Shown one piece after another: positions 43,954 through 54,088 of a DNA stretch of 64,000 bases. Both the position numbers and the translations under genes were made by a program. The DNA comes from an uncultured Acidimicrobiia bacterium (GTDB taxonomy: Bacteria; Acidobacteriota; Terriglobia; Versatilivoradales; Versatilivoraceae). The notes beneath the pieces were generated by a model. It made no database searches and was not told the origin of the DNA. It worked only from the letters and a program-made list of their open reading frames with translations. The stretch lies in assembly GCA_963752385.1 (NCBI GenBank), contig CAVVYL010000010.1, forward strand, positions 41,285 through 105,284, given 5' to 3'. Positions within the stretch are counted from its first letter, which is position 1. Each line of letters opens with the position of its first letter.

Positions 43954-45354
43954 TCATCCCTGCCCTGAAACTGTGGTTCTACGGGTCAAGAGCCAGTAGA
44001 GCGGAACACCCAGCGCCACAATTCCCAATCCCAGCAGACTCTCTCTCGGGCTTGCCAGGACCACGTGTGTCAAAGCGAGCACATAGGCCGTGACAAATAT
44101 CGAAGGAATCCAGGGGTATCCCAGAGTTCTGTAAGGCCTTTCCAGATCGGGCCGGTTTCTTCTCAGAACAAAAATGGAGATCCCGGTCATGATGGAAAAC
44201 GACAGCATGGCCACAACCGTGTACGTCAGCAACTGGCTGAAGGTTCCTGAGACGACCAGGACACAACACCAGATGGCTTGGATGAGAATGGAATGGGCCG
44301 GAGTCTTGAATCTCGGATGCACACTGCCGGCAGCCTTGAAGAAGAGACTGTCCCGCGCCATGGCGTAGTAAATGCGTGGGGCGGTTAGGATGACAGAGTT
44401 AGTGGCTCCCAGAATTGAGATCACAATTGCCAGCGAAATATATTTTGAAGCTTCAGAACCAAAGAGAGCCGAGGCGGCAACTTGACCAATATTCACGACA
44501 CCCATCATCCGCTCAATTGGCAGCGCGTACAGGTATAACACGTTGACGAGAAGGTAGGCCGCTGTCGCAATGAGTGTGCCCAAGATCACCGAGTACGGAA
44601 CATTTCGCTGGGGGTCACGGATCTCACTGGCAACGTAGGTCGAGGTGAACCAGCCGGTATACGAAAAGAAAATGGCAACCATGGCAACACTCATGGACTG
44701 GAAAAGGTCGCTGGAGGAATTTGTCCCGCCGGACGAAGAGAAGTGCGACCATTCTCCGGCGCCCACCAGCAGCCCCAGGAAGGGAATAACGGTCACCGTT
44801 CCGAGCTTCAGAAGAGTGAGAACGTTTTGCGTCAGGCTTCCGGCGCGTAAGCCTACGTAATTGACGAAGCTGAAAATGAGGATCACGGCGATCGCCGTCA
44901 GATGTCCGGTTGAAATTCCCAGAGCTCTTCCGAAGATCTCGCCGCCAATCAGATAACTCTTGAAGTTTACAGATGGGAAGAAGGACTCGAGGTAGGCAAT
45001 CAGGCCAACGCTCATCGCTGCAATCGAACCGGGATTAGTGACGGTGAAGTAAGTCCAGCCGTTCAGGAATCCCCAAAACCGGCCATACGCCTGACGCAGG
45101 TAGACATATTCACCCCCCGCGTGAGGAAGCATGGCGCCCAGCTCCGCATAGGTTAAAGCGCCACAGAGAGTGAGGAGGCCCCCGATGAACCAACCGGCTA
45201 TCAAGGAGCCCGGACTATCAAGGGCCTTGGCAGCTAGGCCGCTGGTTGTAAAAATGCCGACGCCAATGACGCTGCCGACGATGATCATCGTGGCATCGAA
45301 GAGGCCGAGTCGCCGGGTGAGAGACACCTCCTGAGTTGTGTTCGATTCGGCCAT
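43954..45354 (-). CDS. APC-superfamily amino acid permease
   Basis: The track starts at 45408. I start at MAESNTTQEVSLTRRLGLFDATMIIVGSVIGVGIF (45354). It has about 12 TM segments and typical APC N-terminal motifs. Confidence 0.88.
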   Translation of the reverse strand: MAESNTTQEVSLTRRLGLFDATMIIVGSVIGVGIFTTSGLAAKALDSPGSLIAGWFIGGLLTLCGALTYAELGAMLPHAGGEYVYLRQAYGRFWGFLNGWTYFTVTNPGSIAAMSVGLIAYLESFFPSVNFKSYLIGGEIFGRALGISTGHLTAIAVILIFSFVNYVGLRAGSLTQNVLTLLKLGTVTVIPFLGLLVGAGEWSHFSSSGGTNSSSDLFQSMSVAMVAIFFSYTGWFTSTYVASEIRDPQRNVPYSVILGTLIATAAYLLVNVLYLYALPIERMMGVVNIGQVAASALFGSEASKYISLAIVISILGATNSVILTAPRIYYAMARDSLFFKAAGSVHPRFKTPAHSILIQAIWCCVLVVSGTFSQLLTYTVVAMLSFSIMTGISIFVLRRNRPDLERPYRTLGYPWIPSIFVTAYVLALTHVVLASPRESLLGLGIVALGVPLYWLLTRRTTVSGQG

Positions 45355-45431
45355 GCGAGCCTGCCTACCGTAGAAAGAAACCTGGAAGAAAAAGCGACCC
45401 CTGCCCATTGCCAGGAGTCTTTGTGCCTGGT

Positions 45432-46781
45432 TCAGTCTCTCGGGCGGGCGAGGTTGTCAAAGCGGGTGAACTGTTTGCGGAAGGCAAGTTGGACGGAGCC
45501 GATAGGGCCGTTGCGTTGCTTGCCAATGATAACTTCCGCAAGTCCCTCCTTCTCCAAGTCATCCTTTTTGTAGAGTTCCTCCCGGAAGATGAACGCCACT
45601 AGGTCAGCGTCCTGCTCGATGGACCCGGACTCGCGCAGGTCAGAGAGCTGCGGGCGGTGGTCACCGGTTCGTAGTTCGGGTGCCCGACTCAACTGCGAGA
45701 GTGCCACCACTGGAACGTCCAACTCCTTGGCCAGTCCCTTGAGTCCGCGAGAGATGCTGGAAATTTCCTGCTGGCGGTTTTCATAGCGGGTTTTCCCTCC
45801 TGACATCAGCTGCAGGTAGTCCACGATCACCATGTCCAACCCATGCTCGGCTTTCAGCCGTCGGCACTTGGCTCTCATTTCCAGCAAATTGATGCCTGCG
45901 GTGTCATCAATAAACATCTTGGCTTGGGAGAGCTCTCCAAGTGTGCGTGGGATGCGGCTCCATTCGTCCTTGGAGAGATATCCGGTTCGCAGCTTGTGAG
46001 CGTCAATCTCAGCCTCGGAACAAATCATACGCAGCAAAAGCTGGTCGCTGGACATCTCCAGACTGAACATGCCAACGCTCTTCCCCGCAGCCAGAGCTGC
46101 ATGCGTGGCAATGTTCAAGCTGAAGGCCGTTTTTCCCATCGAAGGACGCGCTGCGACAACGACAAGATCAGAGGGTTGGAGACCTGAGGTAAGTTCATCG
46201 AACCTGGTAAAGCCGGTCGGGATGCCGGTCACCATGTTCTTGCGCTTGGAGGCAATCTCAATCTTCTTGAGGGTTCGCTTGGCGATCTCGTTTAGGGGGA
46301 CGAACCCACTGCGGATCTTGGCTTCGGCCAGTTCAAAGATGGCTCTTTCAGCAGAATCGAGAATCGTGTCAACGTCTTCCGGCTGGTCATAGCAGGAATT
46401 GATGATTGCGTGGGACCGTTTGATCAGGTTGCGAAGAGTGGCTCTCTCCTGGACGATCCGCGCGTAGTATTCGATGTTCGCGAGCCTCGGCACCCCGTCA
46501 ATCAGAGACGAAATGAAGGCCGCGCCCCCAACGCTCTCCAACTGGCTTGCTCTGCGAAGCTCGTCGGTCAGAGTAATGAAGTCGACCGCTTTCGACTTCT
46601 CCGACAGGTTGAGCATGTGCTGGAAGACCGATCGGTGACTGCCCAAGTAGAAGTCGTCGGCTTTCAGGAACTCGATAGCCTGATTGAGCAAGCCATTGTC
46701 GAGCATGATGGCGCCGAGAACGCTGCGCTCAGCTTCGAGGTTATGAGGCAGTCCTTTTTCGAGAGTGACATCAGCAGGCAT
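45432..46781 (-). CDS. dnaB: replicative DNA helicase DnaB
   Basis: 449-aa ORF beginning PHNLEAERSVLGAIMLDN, with Walker A AARPSMGKTAF and the block SLEMS...IVDYLQLM...SQLSR. Confidence 0.96.
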   Translation of the reverse strand: MPADVTLEKGLPHNLEAERSVLGAIMLDNGLLNQAIEFLKADDFYLGSHRSVFQHMLNLSEKSKAVDFITLTDELRRASQLESVGGAAFISSLIDGVPRLANIEYYARIVQERATLRNLIKRSHAIINSCYDQPEDVDTILDSAERAIFELAEAKIRSGFVPLNEIAKRTLKKIEIASKRKNMVTGIPTGFTRFDELTSGLQPSDLVVVAARPSMGKTAFSLNIATHAALAAGKSVGMFSLEMSSDQLLLRMICSEAEIDAHKLRTGYLSKDEWSRIPRTLGELSQAKMFIDDTAGINLLEMRAKCRRLKAEHGLDMVIVDYLQLMSGGKTRYENRQQEISSISRGLKGLAKELDVPVVALSQLSRAPELRTGDHRPQLSDLRESGSIEQDADLVAFIFREELYKKDDLEKEGLAEVIIGKQRNGPIGSVQLAFRKQFTRFDNLARPRD

Positions 46782-46966
46782 GGCGGACTGGGGTGTGAGT
46801 GCTGCTCAGGAAAGGAGGAGAGAATATTTCACCGCTAGGGGCGGTTTCAAGTGGGCAATGAGGATATCCTGATCACCCTTTAATCTCGTTATCAGGAGGG
46901 ACATCCTCAGGAATCTCCCTTCGAGAAAGGGGACACGCGTTTCGCGGCCAGCGGATCAGGACAATT

Positions 46967-47413
46967 CTATTCGTCCTTAATCACTTCAACCTTAATAAAG
47001 GCCGTGACCTCTCGATGCAGCTTGATAGGGACGTCGTGCTGGCCAAGCGATTTCAGCGCTTCCTGGAGATCGATCTTCCGCCGGTCGACCGTGAATCCTT
47101 TGGCTTCGAGCAACTCAGCGATATCCATGGAGGTCACTGATCCATAAAGGACCTCATTTTCTCCTACCTTGCGGCTCACCTGGAGGGAGACTTGGGACAA
47201 CTGGCGTGCTAGGGCTTCAACCTCCTGCTTCTCCTTGGCCTCGCGGCGGACAGCGGCGGCTTTCTCCTGTTCGATCTGTTTCATATTTGACGGCGTGGCC
47301 AAGACCGCCAGCTTTTTGGGTAAAAGGAAGTTGCGAGCATAACCATCGCTCACGTTTACAACGTCTCCTTTAGTTCCCAGTTTCTCAACCCGTTCTCTGA
47401 GGATGATTTCCAT
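46967..47413 (-). CDS. rplI: 50S ribosomal protein L9
   Basis: 148-aa ORF: MEIILRERVEKLGTKGDVVNVSDGYARNFLLPKKLA. Confidence 0.95.
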   Translation of the reverse strand: MEIILRERVEKLGTKGDVVNVSDGYARNFLLPKKLAVLATPSNMKQIEQEKAAAVRREAKEKQEVEALARQLSQVSLQVSRKVGENEVLYGSVTSMDIAELLEAKGFTVDRRKIDLQEALKSLGQHDVPIKLHREVTAFIKVEVIKDE

Positions 47414-47482
47414 AGTCGTGTCGACTCCAAATTCTGGGTATTAAGCGAGATCTGACTGCCTTGTGGTTGCGGTCGGATCTGA

Positions 47483-47746
47483 CTAGTCGGCCGTGAACGG
47501 CAGAAGAACGATATTGCGAGCACGCTTTAGCGCTTCCATTAATTTGCGCTGATGTGGGGCGCACACGCCGGAGATCCGGCGGGGAAGAATCTTTCCGCGC
47601 TCTGGAACGAACTGAAACAGAAGGCGCGTGTCCTTGTAATCGATATAGTCGATTTTCTCGACGCAAAACTTGCAAACCTTCTTACGCCTCACGAACTGTC
47701 GCCTTGGGTGCCCACCCGGTGTTGCCGGTCTTCTCGGAAAAGGCAT
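47483..47746 (-). CDS. rpsR: 30S ribosomal protein S18
   Basis: 87-aa ORF: [48 protein letters not shown]. Confidence 0.95.
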   Translation of the reverse strand: MPFPRRPATPGGHPRRQFVRRKKVCKFCVEKIDYIDYKDTRLLFQFVPERGKILPRRISGVCAPHQRKLMEALKRARNIVLLPFTAD

Positions 47747-47822
47747 TAGTCAGTCTCCTTATGAAGTCTCATCAAATCAAATCGGGACATCGACTTTCAT
47801 CGCCCCGAGAGTGCAGTACGGG

Positions 47823-48206
47823 CTAGATCACAGGCGGCACGGTCTCGGGCGATTTTCGCGAGGTCTTTTTCTTAACTTTCTTGAGCCTGGCTGCCTTGAT
47901 CTTATCGACACGCTTCAAAGCCTCATCCACGCGGACAGTAATGTAGCGGAGCACCAGGTCCATAACTCTCAAGCGCCTCTCAAACTCTTTCACACACTCG
48001 CCGTCCGCATTCAGCTTGAAGAGTACATAAAAGCCTTCTTCAAACTTCAGGACGCTATAAGCCAGCTTCTTCTTCCCCATCTTTTCCACGCCAACCATTT
48101 CGCCCTTGTGGGAAGTGACCACTGCTTCCATCTGGCCGATAAGTTTGTCCATCTCCTCTTCGGTGGCGTTGGGCTTCAGAATAAACATGATTTCGTAATT
48201 TCGCAT
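47823..48206 (-). CDS. rpsF: 30S ribosomal protein S6
   Basis: The track starts at 48230. I start at MRNYEIMFILKP (ATG at 48206), the canonical S6 N-terminus. It has a basic C-terminal tail. Confidence 0.93.
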   Translation of the reverse strand: MRNYEIMFILKPNATEEEMDKLIGQMEAVVTSHKGEMVGVEKMGKKKLAYSVLKFEEGFYVLFKLNADGECVKEFERRLRVMDLVLRYITVRVDEALKRVDKIKAARLKKVKKKTSRKSPETVPPVI

Positions 48207-48450
48207 TGATTGTAAACTCTCTCCTGACACTCGTCATCGTCGTCCTCGAACAAAAACCGACGACGAGAACGACCATGATGTTTCCACTCTTTTTCGGCGG
48301 CCGGACCCACCACGGGGCTAAGCTAGTCGTAACAAGCTACCTCAGGCCGCTGAGTCGCGGTTTCGTCCCTGACCTTCACCAAACCTTTCGCCGCCCTCTC
48401 GCCGCGGAGTGGGCGAATGGTCGAGTGAAGTTGGTCGCCACCAAGTAAGA

Positions 48451-49017
48451 CTAGTTGAAGTGATTCATGGCTGGAAGCAGTCCCTGACCGCCAACCATCT
48501 TCACTGCTTCTTTGCCTCGCTCGATCATTTTCTCGACCGGTTCACGCAACTCAAGCGGGATTGGACGGAGCACATACTCCGTTGCGTCCTCGATTTCGGT
48601 CTCCGGCAAGATTCCCAGACGAACGCGTGCAAAATCGGCGCTGTCGATCGATTCAATAATCGATTTTAGGCCGTTATGTCCCCCGGAACTGCCCTTCCCG
48701 CGAATGCGAATATGGCCCAGAGGGAGTGCCAGATCATCACACACCACAAGAAGATCCTCGACAGAAAAGGAGAGTTGTTCCAGGGCGGCACTCACGGACC
48801 GGCCAGAAAGGTTCACGTAGGTCCAGGGCTTTATCAAGACGAAAACGGTTCCCTCCACTTCACCGTCGGCAACCCAGGCCGAACAGTCTCCAGGACTCCA
48901 GACCATCCGGTTCTCGAATGCCAGCTGATCCAGCACTTCAAATCCCAAGTTATGCGGTGTATTGTGATATTTCTGACCCGGATTCCCCAAACCCACTACT
49001 AACTTTCGAGCGCTCAT
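48451..49017 (-). CDS. pth: peptidyl-tRNA hydrolase
   Basis: 188-aa ORF with LVVGLGNPGQKYHNTPHNLGF and GSSGGHNGLKS. Confidence 0.95.
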   Translation of the reverse strand: MSARKLVVGLGNPGQKYHNTPHNLGFEVLDQLAFENRMVWSPGDCSAWVADGEVEGTVFVLIKPWTYVNLSGRSVSAALEQLSFSVEDLLVVCDDLALPLGHIRIRGKGSSGGHNGLKSIIESIDSADFARVRLGILPETEIEDATEYVLRPIPLELREPVEKMIERGKEAVKMVGGQGLLPAMNHFN

Positions 49018-49048
49018 TGGAAGAAGTTCGGGTTTCGCGCCGCTGCGA

Positions 49049-49753
49049 TCACTTCTTCTCTTTTTCCCTTTCCTTCTTCTCTTCTGGCTTGGCAGCCTCG
49101 GGTTCCTCCCCTTCAGCGGCCACCTTGCCCTTCTTAATGACTTCGGGCTCAGCGGGCGCGGCTACTTCCACCGGCTCCGGTACCTTCTCTTCCTTCGGCG
49201 CGACGACATGAGCGATGACCAACTCCGGATCGGAGAGAATCTTGACCTTCGAGTCGACATTTAAATCGGAGACGCGGAAATTCGCTCCGATTTCCAGTTC
49301 GGAGACGTCGATGGTAAGGTGCTCGGGAATGTCCGTGGGTAAGCACTCCACTTCGACTTCTCTAAGCACGAACTCGAAGATTCCACCCTGCAGCTTGACT
49401 CCCTTTGCTTCACCAGTTGTGGTGATGGGGACGCTGAGCTGCAACGTTTGATCCATGGCGATTCTCACCAGATCGGCGTGAAGCAGGTTTCCCTTGGTCG
49501 GATCGTGTTGCCAATCTTTCAACATCACTGCCGTGGCCTTTCCGGAGCCTTGAAAGGTCAACGTGAAAATGGTGTTGTACCCTGTCTGAGAATGCAGGAT
49601 GGCCGACAATTCCTTGGGATTGACTGCCACTGCGACGGCGTCTTCGTTATGACCATAAAGCACTGCCGGGATCTTTCCAGCCATTCGCAAGCGCCGCGCT
49701 GCGTTTTTCCCGCGCTGGTCGCGGACCTCTGCAGCAACATTGAACTGTGGCAT
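49049..49753 (-). CDS. ctc: 50S ribosomal protein L25 / general stress protein Ctc
   Basis: 234-aa ORF with an L25 N-terminal domain (RGKNAARRLRMAGKIPAVLYG) and a Ctc C-terminal domain. It ends in a Pro/Glu/Lys-rich tail (...PEAAKPEEKKEREKEKK). Confidence 0.9.
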   Translation of the reverse strand: MPQFNVAAEVRDQRGKNAARRLRMAGKIPAVLYGHNEDAVAVAVNPKELSAILHSQTGYNTIFTLTFQGSGKATAVMLKDWQHDPTKGNLLHADLVRIAMDQTLQLSVPITTTGEAKGVKLQGGIFEFVLREVEVECLPTDIPEHLTIDVSELEIGANFRVSDLNVDSKVKILSDPELVIAHVVAPKEEKVPEPVEVAAPAEPEVIKKGKVAAEGEEPEAAKPEEKKEREKEKK

Positions 49754-49818
49754 ACCCTCTTACCTCTTTACTCTGAGTGCGAGGAATCCTCAACCGCGAT
49801 TCCTGAACCCTATTATCA

Positions 49819-50784
49819 TCAAGTTTTGAGAAATAACGAACTGACTGACGTTTCTTCATGAATCGACCGGATGGCCTTGCCCAGCAGTTCGGCGACGCTA
49901 AGGACCCGGATGTTTGGGGCCTTCTCCGCTTCCTTCGAAAGCGGGACCGAATTGGTCACAACGACTTCCTCCAGGCACGATTCCTTGATCCGCTGCACGG
50001 CTGGTCCCGAGAACACAGGGTGCGTGCAGCACGCATACACTTTCTTGGCCCCTTTCGCCATCAGGGCTTTCGCAGAGTTCACCAGAGTTCCTGCGGTATC
50101 AACCAGATCGTCTACGATCAGCGCGGTTCGCTCTTCCACTTCGCCCACAATATGCACAACTTCGGCGACATTGGCGTCCACTCGCCGCTTGTCGATGATG
50201 GCCATCTTGGTGTCCAACCGCTTGGCGTAGGCCCGGGCTCTTTCAGTTCCACCGGCATCGGGAGAAACGACGATTAGATCGGGCAGATCCAGTTTCTCGA
50301 AGTAGTCCACCAGTACAGGGGCTGCGAAGAGATGATCGACCGGGATATCGAAAAAGCCTTGGATCTGTGGGACGTGCAGGTCCATGGTCAGAACCCGGCT
50401 GGCACCAGCTGTGGACAGGACGTTGGCTACCAGCTTGGCGGAGATGGGAACACGAGGCTTGTCTTTGCGATCCTGCCTGGCGTAACCGTAGTACGGCAAG
50501 ACAGCTGTGATTCTTCGGGCCGAAGAGCGCTTGAAAGCATCGATCATGAGTAGCAGCTCAACCAGAGTCGTATCTACGGGCCGACACGTTGGCTGAATGA
50601 CAAAGACGTCTTCCCCGCGCACATTCTCATGAATCTGAAAATAGACCTCCCCGTCGCTAAAGCGCGTCACTGAGGAATTGCCCAAAGGCAATCCCAAGGA
50701 TCTGCAAATCTCCTCGGCCAACGTGCGGTGGGCAGTCCCGGTAAAGATTTTCAGGTTATCCGGCAACTTCGCTTGACTCCACAA
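49819..50784 (-). CDS. prs: ribose-phosphate pyrophosphokinase
   Basis: 321-aa ORF with LKIFTGTAH, DLHVPQIQGFFDIPVDHL and the PRPP loop LIVDDLVDTAGT. Confidence 0.95.
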   Translation of the reverse strand: MWSQAKLPDNLKIFTGTAHRTLAEEICRSLGLPLGNSSVTRFSDGEVYFQIHENVRGEDVFVIQPTCRPVDTTLVELLLMIDAFKRSSARRITAVLPYYGYARQDRKDKPRVPISAKLVANVLSTAGASRVLTMDLHVPQIQGFFDIPVDHLFAAPVLVDYFEKLDLPDLIVVSPDAGGTERARAYAKRLDTKMAIIDKRRVDANVAEVVHIVGEVEERTALIVDDLVDTAGTLVNSAKALMAKGAKKVYACCTHPVFSGPAVQRIKESCLEEVVVTNSVPLSKEAEKAPNIRVLSVAELLGKAIRSIHEETSVSSLFLKT

Positions 50785-50862
50785 ATCGCCGCAACGAAAA
50801 CTCTATCAGCCGCCAGTGAAGAACTAATCCCGCTTCTGAACCGGAACAGCAATGTGGCAACT

Positions 50863-50937
50863 TGGCTGGGGCGGGAGGATTCGAACCTCCGAATGCAGGT
50901 TCCAAAGACCTGTGTCTTACCACTTGACGACGCCCCA
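50863..50937 (-). tRNA. tRNA-Gln (anticodon UUG), 3'-CCA encoded
   Basis: The reverse complement is TGGGGCG-TC-GTCAAGTGGTAAGAC-A-CAGGT-CTTTGGA-ACCTG-CATTC-GGAGG-TTCGAAT-CCTCC-CGCCCCA-G-CCA. Confidence 0.92.
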
Positions 50938-50942
50938 ACGAT

Positions 50943-51848
50943 TCAGCCCAAGGACTCCACGATTCCCTTTTGGTACCGGAGCCGATTCAGAGTATGAGTT
51001 CGAATCAATCGAAGCGCTTCCCAACCTGCAGCAGAAACTGCGCTGAGCAGCGTTTTCTCGCAACTGAACACTCCGAAAAGAGCCGACCCACTACCGGTCA
51101 GCCCAGCCGCTTCGGCTCCGCATTTCAGCCAATCTTGCTTCAGTTTTCTGAGCCGAGGAAAACCCCTGAAGAAAACTCGCTCGAAGTCGTTTTCCTGCGC
51201 CGTTCCCCCATTCAGACTGTCCAAATACCCTGAACAGAAAACCGGAATCATACTGGCGCCTAACCTCTTTGTCAACCGCAAACTCAGGCGTTCGTAAGCA
51301 TCTCCGCTGGAAACTCGACGCGCCGGAATGGCCAGCAGAATACGCTTTTGAGGCGGTTCTTCGAGCGGATAGACTTCCGAGCCACGCCCAATGCCCAGTG
51401 CGGTTCCACCCAGCAGGAAGAAGGGAACATCTGAACCGAGCAGCCCACCCCACTCAAACAAATCCTGCTTGGGGAGATCCAATTCAAACAGCTTGCAAAG
51501 GCCCAGCAGGGTCACAGCCGCGTTGCTGCTTCCTCCCCCCAGACCGGAACCCAAAGGGATCCTCTTCTCCAGCGAAACCTGGAAGCCGCCGGGAATCTTC
51601 GTTCTTTGCTGGAAGAGCTGAATCGCTCGGACGACAAGGTTGCCGGCTGGATCAAGTCCCGGGCTATTGGACTGGAAGCGAATCCGTTGCTGCTCAATGT
51701 GCTGAATAGTCAACCGGTCGTGCAGGCCCACGGTCTGCAATGCTGTGCGGACCTCATGATATCCATCGGGCCTCTTGCCCAGAACGTGCAAACCCAAGTT
51801 GATCTTGGCGTAACTCCGCAGAGCGATGCGACTGAATGCCACAGGCAC
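50943..51848 (-). CDS. ispE: 4-diphosphocytidyl-2-C-methyl-D-erythritol kinase
   Basis: 301-aa ORF with YAKINLGLHVLGKRPDGYHE and the GHMP motif IPLGSGLGGGSSNAA. Confidence 0.9.
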   Translation of the reverse strand: MPVAFSRIALRSYAKINLGLHVLGKRPDGYHEVRTALQTVGLHDRLTIQHIEQQRIRFQSNSPGLDPAGNLVVRAIQLFQQRTKIPGGFQVSLEKRIPLGSGLGGGSSNAAVTLLGLCKLFELDLPKQDLFEWGGLLGSDVPFFLLGGTALGIGRGSEVYPLEEPPQKRILLAIPARRVSSGDAYERLSLRLTKRLGASMIPVFCSGYLDSLNGGTAQENDFERVFFRGFPRLRKLKQDWLKCGAEAAGLTGSGSALFGVFSCEKTLLSAVSAAGWEALRLIRTHTLNRLRYQKGIVESLG

Positions 51849-51964
51849 AAAAAAAGCCCAATCATCATCGATTGAGCTTTCTCCTAAACTCCTTGAGATT
51901 AGCGTTCACGGCAGGGAGGGCTGACGGGAAGGCCAACAAAGAGCCAACCCCTTCTAGCAGGGCA

Positions 51965-54028
51965 TTACTTCTTCTCCACTGAAGCAAGCTTTACTTTCAA
52001 ATCATCGACTTTCTTCTGTACCTTCCTGATTTCTTCTTCGTCTTGCCCGCATTTCAGAGACAGCTCCCATGCAGCCCGGGCTTCTTCGTACGCGCCCTTG
52101 CGGTAATAGACATCCCCAAGGTGTTCGTGAATCGTCGAGTCCTTCCTGACGCGATCGAGGGCCTTCTTGAGATATAGCTCGGCTTCGTCGATGCGATTCA
52201 GCTTGAAATAGGCCCATCCCAGGCTATCCAGGTACGCGCCGTTGTTAGGATCCAAGTCCACAGCTCTCTTGATCAGATCCAGCGACTCTTCCAGGCGAAC
52301 GCCGCGGTCCGCCAGCATGTAACCCAGATAATTCAGCGAAGCCGCGTGGTCTGGATTGATCTCGAGAACCTTTCGGAAAGTGCCTTCCGCCTTCTCGTAA
52401 TCCTTCTGACGTTCGTAAACCGAACCCAGCATAAAGTGAAACGTTTCTTTGTTCTTGAAAAGCTTCTCTGCAGGCATCAAGACTTTTTCGGCCTCTTTGA
52501 ACTTCTTGTCTCGCTGATAGACCTGAACCATCGCGGAGTAGACCTTAATGTCTTCCTCGGCGCCGCTGAGCATTCTTTCCAGAACTGCAATGGCTTCAGC
52601 TGATTTCCCAGTCTCACTCAACAAGTCGGCGTTCAGCAGCTTCAGGTCTTTGTCGTTTGGGTAGGTCTTCAGGGCGTGCTCGGATGCTGCCACGGCCTTG
52701 TCCAACTCCTTGGCTGTTCGATAGGTGTCAATGATGTAGCCTTCCGACCTGGCTGCGTTGTCGGGATTAAGGGTCTTTAGCTCGGTGAAGTAGGCAATCG
52801 CCTGAGAATACTTCTCAAGCTGCTGCGAAACATAGCCGGCGTGGGTAAGAAACACACCCCGATTCTGTCTTTCTGACTGCGAATAGTTTCCCGCCGGCTT
52901 TTCGGTCAACTTCAACAACTGCTGGAACCGCTCTTCAGCTTTTTCATACTTCCCCAGTTCTTCATAGAGTGTGGCAATGTGGAACGAGATCTCAAAACTG
53001 CCAACGAGAATCGAATTCGCCTTGTTGTAATGGGCGAAGGCCTTGTCGAAATCGCGCCGCTTGCGGTAGATCTGCGCTAAGCGAAAATACGCTAAGCCTT
53101 CATCAGGATCGGCTTCGAGAATCTTCAGGAACTCTTTTTCCGCCTCTTGTTCCTGGTTGTTATCCAGGAGGGCTTGTGCCAAGCCTTTACGTAACTCAAG
53201 GCTGTCTTCGTCAAGAGCTATGGCCTTCCGGTAGGCGTCAATGGCACTCTTGTAATCCTTGACCTGCTCGTAGGCAATGGCCAACTGTTCCAGAATTCGA
53301 GGCGAATCCGGATTTACTTCGAGTGCCTGCTTAAAGACGTTGATCGCTTCCTCTGTTTTGCCCTGCTCCGAATAAATCTGGGCGAGGTTCGCTAAACCGG
53401 TCTCTGAGGAAGGTGCTTTGTCGAGCAGCTTCTTGGCGGTCTCCACGGCTTTCTCTGCCTGGCCGTCATAGCGATAGAGCAAGCTGAGGACGACAAACGA
53501 GTTGGTATCGTTGGCATCCAGGTTGCAAATCGTCTCGTATTCCTGGATGGCTTTTTTCAGATACTCACTCGAAGTCGGTGACCGGTTCGGATCTTCGCTC
53601 CGGATGAGGTTGTAGTAGATGCTTCCCAAGAGGCGGTGTGCCTCAAGGCTGTCTGGGTTGACTCGGATGGCGTTCTCTGCCTCTTGAATGGCTTTGCCGA
53701 ACTGACGGTGACGCAAATAGGCATTGGACAACTCAACGTAGAGGCTGGCCGACTGCGGATCAGCTTGAATGGCTTTCTTATACTCGTCGACTGCACTCAA
53801 GAAATTTCCGGTTTCTTCCAGGCCGCGGGCTAGGCTGAAGTGATAGTAGCTTGCAGCTCTGTCAACCGGCGGATTCTTCTCAGCGGCCGATGCGGCTTGG
53901 GAGCTCTCCCTCTTCTCGTCAGACTTCTTCTCCACAGCCCACCCCTGGTCCCCAGGCCCGAGAAATGCCCAAAACAGGAATGTCGGCAGCAATCTCTTGG
54001 TTGTAAACCACTCAAATCGAAGTGTCAT
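51965..54028 (-). CDS. tetratricopeptide (TPR) repeat protein, secreted or membrane-anchored
   Basis: The track starts at a TTG (54049). The ATG at 54028 follows AAGGA by 8 nt. It has an N-terminal hydrophobic segment. About 15 or more TPR units follow (recurring A...Y..A....P....A...LG..Y). Confidence 0.85.
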   Translation of the reverse strand: MTLRFEWFTTKRLLPTFLFWAFLGPGDQGWAVEKKSDEKRESSQAASAAEKNPPVDRAASYYHFSLARGLEETGNFLSAVDEYKKAIQADPQSASLYVELSNAYLRHRQFGKAIQEAENAIRVNPDSLEAHRLLGSIYYNLIRSEDPNRSPTSSEYLKKAIQEYETICNLDANDTNSFVVLSLLYRYDGQAEKAVETAKKLLDKAPSSETGLANLAQIYSEQGKTEEAINVFKQALEVNPDSPRILEQLAIAYEQVKDYKSAIDAYRKAIALDEDSLELRKGLAQALLDNNQEQEAEKEFLKILEADPDEGLAYFRLAQIYRKRRDFDKAFAHYNKANSILVGSFEISFHIATLYEELGKYEKAEERFQQLLKLTEKPAGNYSQSERQNRGVFLTHAGYVSQQLEKYSQAIAYFTELKTLNPDNAARSEGYIIDTYRTAKELDKAVAASEHALKTYPNDKDLKLLNADLLSETGKSAEAIAVLERMLSGAEEDIKVYSAMVQVYQRDKKFKEAEKVLMPAEKLFKNKETFHFMLGSVYERQKDYEKAEGTFRKVLEINPDHAASLNYLGYMLADRGVRLEESLDLIKRAVDLDPNNGAYLDSLGWAYFKLNRIDEAELYLKKALDRVRKDSTIHEHLGDVYYRKGAYEEARAAWELSLKCGQDEEEIRKVQKKVDDLKVKLASVEKK

Positions 54029-54088
54029 CAGGCCAATCCTTAACCACAAAGTAGCAAATTATCCCACGCAGTTTCGCTTCAAGTCAAT

